A stretch of DNA of 20,000 nt from an uncultured virus (IMG/VR IMGVR_UViG_3300028195_000003). Its lineage: Duplodnaviria > Heunggongvirae > Uroviricota > Caudoviricetes. Positions within the stretch are counted from its first letter, which is position 1. Every line of letters begins with the position of its first letter. Position numbers and translations under genes: made by a program. The DNA is taken from the IMG/VR virus record IMGVR_UViG_3300028195_000003. One strand, 5' to 3'. The notes under the pieces are model-generated. The model searched no databases. It was given only the letters and a program-made list of their open reading frames with translations, and had not been told where the DNA came from. Shown here piece by piece: positions 14,924-20,000 of this stretch.

Positions 14924-15976
14924 ATGCAAGGAAGAGAGCTCGGAGAGACCAAGGCCGTCACCAGCGAAGGACGCCTGTGCTTCGACTGCGCCTACCCGGT
15001 GATGGACAAGAACGTCGCCGTGTGCCCCCGATGCCACTCACAGGATCTCGACGATCGCCGGTCCAGGCCCAAAAAGACGGAGCCGCGCTTCGCTCCAACA
15101 CTGCCGTTCCCGTGGCACACCATGCGCTTCGAGCTCGGTGGAACGGGGCTGATCTCTGGAGGGCCGGGGAGCGGCAAGACCACAAGCACCATGAAGATGG
15201 TCCCCACGAGGTTCTTGACCTCGGAACAACACCCCGAGAAGGTCGGCCAGCTCTTCTACCGCCTCTACCCCAACGGGACACCGCCCCTGATCTCTAGCGT
15301 CTCGAGCTGGGAACACCTCGCCGATGACCTGATCGGCCTGAACGAGGACGACCTGGTCATCGTCGACTCCATCAGCCAGCTGTCCGCGCCTCACATGTCC
15401 GGGAGGATCGTCGGAGAATGCATCCAGATGGTCCAGCAGAGCTCCGCGAGATGCTGGTTCATCGCGCAGTTCACCAAAGATGGAAGCATGCTCGGACCCA
15501 ACGAGCTGAACCACCTCGTGGACGCCGTCGCCAAAATCCCCGCCGACAACCTCGGGATGAGACGGCTCATCCTGGAGAAGAACCGCTTCGGGAAACTCAC
15601 CAGCACCTACTTCGCCATCGGCGACTCGGGTATCATCGAGCCACACTTCACCTACGCCTACAGCGTCGAAGGTCCCGCAGGCAACTACCGCCTCAACATG
15701 TACCCGATGAAGAGAGGTGCAGCCTTCGCGGGCATCTTCTCCAGCCTCGAAGAAGCCGGTGTCGGCCCCCTCGAGGGCTTCGCGTCCGCCGCGATCCCCT
15801 CCGGCATCTACCGAACCGGCTTCGCCGAACCCGACGACGCGAACATGAGACGACAGTTCGCAGAAGCCCACGGACTCGAGTGGCTCACACCACAGACCGC
15901 CATCGAATGGATCGCCGATCCGGAAACCGCACAGCAGCACCTCGTCGAGAGATCGGCACGGATGTTCGCAGCATAG
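14924..15976 (+). CDS. RadA/Sms-like RecA-superfamily ATPase (350 aa) with N-terminal C4 zinc finger, lacking the Lon-like C-terminal domain
   Basis: Start ATG 14924 with AAAGGA RBS. Motifs: CFDC...CPRC, Walker A GGPGSGKTT, Walker B LVIVDSISQL, FTKDGSMLGPNELNHLVDAV and the RadA signature KNRFG. Confidence 0.85.
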   Translation: MQGRELGETKAVTSEGRLCFDCAYPVMDKNVAVCPRCHSQDLDDRRSRPKKTEPRFAPTLPFPWHTMRFELGGTGLISGGPGSGKTTSTMKMVPTRFLTSEQHPEKVGQLFYRLYPNGTPPLISSVSSWEHLADDLIGLNEDDLVIVDSISQLSAPHMSGRIVGECIQMVQQSSARCWFIAQFTKDGSMLGPNELNHLVDAVAKIPADNLGMRRLILEKNRFGKLTSTYFAIGDSGIIEPHFTYAYSVEGPAGNYRLNMYPMKRGAAFAGIFSSLEEAGVGPLEGFASAAIPSGIYRTGFAEPDDANMRRQFAEAHGLEWLTPQTAIEWIADPETAQQHLVERSARMFAA

Positions 15977-15995
15977 ATACAAAAATGGAGCCACC

Positions 15996-17246
15996 ATGGG
16001 AAAGAGAAAGAGAAGATCGGACCTCGCAGCGAGGAGCTGGAGCTCCCTGCTCGACGACGAACGGATCGAGCTCGAACAGCGCTACTTCAAGGCGCTCTGC
16101 TCTATCGCCGTCAGCCAGACCAACCGCGCCAACATCGAAGCGGAACAGAACGCCCAAGAGCAACCGTACCCGACCCCTGAGTACGACGATCCAGAGGATC
16201 TCGTCAGAGACGTCAGTAACGGAAACGCACCCGAGTGGTGGCCCAAGAGGCTGGACAGGATGCGGCTCATGGTCAAGATCCGTGACCATGAACGCGCCGC
16301 GGAGACCTACGGGCCCCACGTCCACGATCCCAACACATCCGACCTCGGCACCAAGGCGTTCCGCGGAATCGTCATGATGCTCTGTGAGTCGGCCGGAGAC
16401 GACTTCTCCGGCCACATCGAGATCAAGATCCAGACCACGGCCGACAAAAGGCAGATCGGCGGATGGAAGGGCGAGGTCCAGGTCGGTGACTCACCCAGAG
16501 GCTCGAGAGGTGGCGCGTCGAGCTCCTATGCCGACGAGGAGCGCGAGGCCTGGAACGAGTACATGACCGACCAGATGCGGCAGAAAGACGCCGCGATGCT
16601 CCAGATGTTCGGACAGAGCTCACACGTCATCCACGCCTCCGCAGCGGCCCTGAACGCCACCCGTGGCGTCAACCTCGCTCCACCGTGGATGCAGGACGGG
16701 GAAGAGGGAGGATCTCCACTATGGATGCAGCTCGCAGGAGAGGCCGCCAAAATCGTCGGTGGTGTGCTCCTCAACCAGGGACAGGCCCCCACACCCGGCC
16801 ATATGGCCGGCCAACTGCTCCAGGCCCAGGTCCACCCCAGCCAGCCAGGCTACGGCCAGCAGCAGATGCAGCATCAGCCCCACCTGTTGACCATGGACCC
16901 TACCGGATCACCGCCAGAGACCCACGACCTGTCCATGGACGGTGACTACGACGGTGTCATGATCGAAGACGACTACCTGCTCTCAGACGAAGACGAAGAG
17001 CACGATTCCGAAGAGATCCTCGACGACGAGGAGGACAGCAGAGAGTACGAGGACGACGAAGAAGAAGAGAGCAGCGAGTATGATGACGAGCACGAAGACA
17101 GAGAACCGAAACGCAAGGGGAACCCGCTCGAGGGCATGAGCGCCGCGGACATCTCCAAACACCTTGGAGAATACATCGACAACCACGACAACCCCGACGA
17201 GATCAAACGGCTCGGAATCCAGCTCGCCTCCAAGCTGATGGGATAG
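15996..17246 (+). CDS. Hypothetical protein (416 aa), helical N-terminus, Q/P-rich linker, long acidic tract
   Basis: RBS GGAG; GC3-rich ORF in operon-like spacing after the ATPase. Confidence 0.85.
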   Translation: MGKRKRRSDLAARSWSSLLDDERIELEQRYFKALCSIAVSQTNRANIEAEQNAQEQPYPTPEYDDPEDLVRDVSNGNAPEWWPKRLDRMRLMVKIRDHERAAETYGPHVHDPNTSDLGTKAFRGIVMMLCESAGDDFSGHIEIKIQTTADKRQIGGWKGEVQVGDSPRGSRGGASSSYADEEREAWNEYMTDQMRQKDAAMLQMFGQSSHVIHASAAALNATRGVNLAPPWMQDGEEGGSPLWMQLAGEAAKIVGGVLLNQGQAPTPGHMAGQLLQAQVHPSQPGYGQQQMQHQPHLLTMDPTGSPPETHDLSMDGDYDGVMIEDDYLLSDEDEEHDSEEILDDEEDSREYEDDEEEESSEYDDEHEDREPKRKGNPLEGMSAADISKHLGEYIDNHDNPDEIKRLGIQLASKLMG

Positions 17247-17250
17247 AGAC

Positions 17251-17706
17251 GTGCCAGGAAAACACGGAATATCCACCGTACCAAGAGACCTCTTCGAGAT
17301 AGCGGGTCCCAGGAGCTGGCCAGACATGACCGCATACAAGGCGGTCGACAGGTTCATCCACCGCAGACCCGGAGCACACTACCTCCACGCCCGCAGGATG
17401 GTCGAAGAGGACGAAGACAGGCCCTACGACATCGTCAGGATCAGGGTGACGTTCAGCGCCATAACCGTAGAGTCGGACGGCAACAGAGCGAACCAGACCA
17501 TGGGATCGTTCACACACAGCGCGCTCGAAAGAGGTCTGGAGGAAGACGTCACCACCTTCAACGAGAACCTGAGAAGGTTCCTGAGGAGGAGCTTCCCAAG
17601 AGAGCCCGACTGCGAGATCATAATCGGCATGACCCTGTCCGACGCCAACGCCAGAGGAACGGGGAAGAAGAGATACCTCAAATACGCAAGCGAACCATGG
17701 ATCTGA
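17251..17706 (+). CDS. Hypothetical protein (151 aa)
   Basis: GTG start 4 nt after the previous stop; globular-looking composition. Confidence 0.7.
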   Translation: MPGKHGISTVPRDLFEIAGPRSWPDMTAYKAVDRFIHRRPGAHYLHARRMVEEDEDRPYDIVRIRVTFSAITVESDGNRANQTMGSFTHSALERGLEEDVTTFNENLRRFLRRSFPREPDCEIIIGMTLSDANARGTGKKRYLKYASEPWI

Positions 17707-17713
17707 CAACGAC

Positions 17714-18481
17714 ATGCGCAGAGACAACCCATTCACGATCACCGTAGGCACCAGCGGAGAGGTCCTCGTGCCACTCTGCTGCGCCAAGCGCAACACCGCG
17801 CCCATGCTCACCATCGGCCCGGACTACGAGACCCACAACTTCAGGGTCTTCGCCAAGATGCCGAGCAGATCCGACGCGGAGAGGCTCGCGGCACCTTTCG
17901 GGTATGACCGCGGCACCGTGACCTTCGACGTCCAGTGGCTGATGCTCTACGGTGAACTCCCCGCAGGGCTGACCGCCAAGTTCTACAGCGTCTCCGCCAA
18001 GGGTGTAAGCGGCAAGATCCAGAAGCACGACATGCACGCCTGGACGCACAACGACAAGACGGGGAACTACCCATCCGTCAAGATCGAGATCCCACTCCTG
18101 AGCCCCGGGGGCTGGATTAGCATCGAAGGCGTCTCCAGGTTCTACACCCCGAGAATCAGAGATAGAAAAAAGAACCTACTCCCCGTCTTCGCCCCCGTCC
18201 CCGCCGAGATGCCGAAGGTCGAGCAACACATCCTCGTACCACTCCAGCTCATCGCCAGGCTGCACCATCTGCCAACCATGAAGAACGAACCGAGAGTCCA
18301 GGTGGTCAGGGGGAGCCCCTTCGATCATGCCAGGCCTGCTCACTCGCCCCCAAGCGGCCCGGAGATCATGGGAGGAGAGCCCCCGCCAAGCCCCTTGAAC
18401 TCCTCGGGCTCCGACACGCCGACATCCGGAGCGTCACCGAGCCCGGACGCCATCCATAGCCGAAGAAGCCCTGAGAGCTGA
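17714..18481 (+). CDS. Hypothetical protein (255 aa)
   Basis: ATG 7 nt after the previous stop. Its P/S-rich tail overlaps the 3' end of the convergent hydrolase gene. Confidence 0.7.
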   Translation: MRRDNPFTITVGTSGEVLVPLCCAKRNTAPMLTIGPDYETHNFRVFAKMPSRSDAERLAAPFGYDRGTVTFDVQWLMLYGELPAGLTAKFYSVSAKGVSGKIQKHDMHAWTHNDKTGNYPSVKIEIPLLSPGGWISIEGVSRFYTPRIRDRKKNLLPVFAPVPAEMPKVEQHILVPLQLIARLHHLPTMKNEPRVQVVRGSPFDHARPAHSPPSGPEIMGGEPPPSPLNSSGSDTPTSGASPSPDAIHSRRSPES

Positions 18482-19812
18482 CGGATCGATCGACTCGCCG
18501 AGCTCTTCCCGTACTCCACCCTGGTCAACGTCGACGACGCCCTCCCAACCGACAAGAGGGTCTCCAGCCTCCCCTCCGACATCGCCCACCTGTCCAGCGC
18601 CATGCAGTAGGAGACGGCATCCGGGTCACCGTCAATGGCACTACCAACGCTGGCCCACAGGTAGGGGTCCGCACATGTCCAGCGCAACAGCCTCGCCCCG
18701 ATCTCCGGGTCGAGCCTCAACACGACCTCACCGCCTTGACCGGGGTGAATCGCTGGACCGTCGACGATGCCCGTACCTCCCCACAGGTGGGTGATCGCCA
18801 TCTTGACGAGCCGCGAGACGTTCCTCGACGCCCACATGTGATCCCGACCGATCAGATCGGTCGCATCGATCCCGTGGATATTCTGTAGCTTGACATGAAT
18901 CGGACCGAGGCCAGCGGCAGGGGTTTCATCGGAGGAAACCCCTCGCGGATAGATGTGCTTCAGCACCAGATCACGCCTCGAATAGACGTTGATGATCCGG
19001 CCCATGGACTCGGCACCGTCCCATGCCCCTGGACTGTCTCCGACGGCTGCCGAGATGAGAACAAGGTTCACCAGAGGGCTCGAGACCTCCTGACAGGCCT
19101 TCCATGCGATCAGCCCACCGAGGGAGAACCCGACCACGAGAACCCGACGTCCAGCGTCCGTCCAGCGACGGATCCACCTGGATAGGTACTTGGAAATACC
19201 CAGAGCAGACAGCCTGGACTTTGTCCAGCGAGCTCGCAGCTCTTCACCGACCTCGAGCAGGTGGCCGAGTGTCTTCGGGGCGTCACCCTCTGTCCACGGC
19301 AACAGCTGTGCGTCGTACCGAAGCACGAAGGTCGTATATCCTGTGATCTCACTAACGATTTCCCATCGAGAAGGCGGAGTCCGTGCCGACCCGAAGCCAG
19401 AGATACAGACCGCGATGTCCCTGGTGCCCTCCGCGAGCTCAACGAGCCCCTCGGTCCCGTCCTCGTTGACGTCGAAGACGATAGAGAGAGGGAGCTGTGA
19501 CGAAGGATCCTGCTCGCCCGGACCGCTCTCGTCCTCGTAGACCTCGGGATGGTGATCGTCGAGATCAACGAACCCGGAGCCGTAGACGTCTCTGTCCTGG
19601 GACTCAGTCAAGGGCGAGCTCCTATCAGCGGTGCTGCCGTAGCCTACCATGATGCCGCTGACCCCACCAGTATGTCCACCCGGGAGGATGTCAGACCCCT
19701 CTTCTGTGGATCGATCCTCACGATCGATCGGCTCACCACGGATTCCGGTGGAGCCTTCCTTCGCCCGTTCACCCTTCCCACTAGCGAGCGTCAGCCGAGA
19801 CTCAGTCGCCAT
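18340..19812 (-). CDS. Alpha/beta hydrolase (DUF726-like, putative lipase/esterase) with acidic disordered N-terminus
   Basis: AVCISGFGS oxyanion-type strand, nucleophile elbow VVGFSLGG, INVYSRRDLVLKHIY...AAGLGPI, and GRDHMW (candidate catalytic His). Start site uncertain. Confidence 0.8.
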   Translation of the reverse strand: MATESRLTLASGKGERAKEGSTGIRGEPIDREDRSTEEGSDILPGGHTGGVSGIMVGYGSTADRSSPLTESQDRDVYGSGFVDLDDHHPEVYEDESGPGEQDPSSQLPLSIVFDVNEDGTEGLVELAEGTRDIAVCISGFGSARTPPSRWEIVSEITGYTTFVLRYDAQLLPWTEGDAPKTLGHLLEVGEELRARWTKSRLSALGISKYLSRWIRRWTDAGRRVLVVGFSLGGLIAWKACQEVSSPLVNLVLISAAVGDSPGAWDGAESMGRIINVYSRRDLVLKHIYPRGVSSDETPAAGLGPIHVKLQNIHGIDATDLIGRDHMWASRNVSRLVKMAITHLWGGTGIVDGPAIHPGQGGEVVLRLDPEIGARLLRWTCADPYLWASVGSAIDGDPDAVSYCMALDRWAMSEGRLETLLSVGRASSTLTRVEYGKSSASRSIRQLSGLLRLWMASGLGDAPDVGVSEPEEFKGLGGGSPPMISGPLGGE

Positions 19813-19866
19813 CTTCCGCGACTTTTCCGCACACTACAACACCCAGGGTTCATGTATCCCATCAAC

Positions 19867-19990
19867 TTCCACCACCCCGCGCCACCACCAAGCATCGCCC
19901 TTTGTTCCACCCTTTGTTCCACCACCCCGCGCCACCACCAAGCATCACCCTCTGCATCACCCTCTGCATCACCCCCTGTGCCACCACCAA
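19867..19990. repeat. C-rich array of nested ~12-bp direct repeats
   Basis: 30-bp exact repeat at 19867-19896 and 19917-19946; CCCTTTGTTCCA x2 (19898-19921); GCATCACCC(T/C)CT x3 (19942-19977). Confidence 0.85.
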
Positions 19991-20000
19991 ATCCCCATCA

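Noticed and set aside
14924..15976. Calling the ATPase a packaging ATPase, or assigning the symbol radA
   Set aside because: The motifs are RadA/Sms-type rather than A32/FtsK-HerA or terminase-type, but the missing Lon-like domain argues against a true radA ortholog.
19867..19990. CRISPR array
   Set aside because: Only two 30-bp copies, and the intervening sequence is itself repeat-derived; no cas genes.
1..20000. Frequent GATC/CGATCG as a HIP1-like signal
   Set aside because: Adequately explained by ATC/GAT/GAG codon adjacency in high-GC genes; I could not show enrichment without computation.

Overview
GC-rich, gene-dense window with no housekeeping genes, rRNA, tRNA, CRISPR or transposase that I can recognise. 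Shine-Dalgarno sites and sigma70-like promoters point to a bacterial host. Bases 1-14532 hold a 13-gene minus-strand operon of mostly unknown proteins. These are a small membrane protein, a beta-rich candidate capsid protein, a tandem beta-sandwich + Ig-like candidate spike, a 765-aa protein with an N-terminal transglutaminase-like Cys-His-Asp domain, several acidic/basic low-complexity proteins (some with C-terminal membrane anchors), and three tandem paralogs, the last running off the window. An AT-rich divergent promoter region (~14600-14920) separates the operon from a plus-strand cluster: a RadA/Sms-like ATPase lacking the Lon-like domain, plus three hypothetical genes. A convergent DUF726-like alpha/beta hydrolase and a C-rich repeat array close the window. 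The most striking unexplained signal is a recurrent [E/D/G]-Y-G-x-hydrophobic motif at module boundaries across otherwise unrelated operon proteins. My best interpretation, which is inference only, is the morphogenesis module of an undescribed tailless, probably membrane-containing virus or virus-like element whose precursors are matured by an element-encoded cysteine protease.
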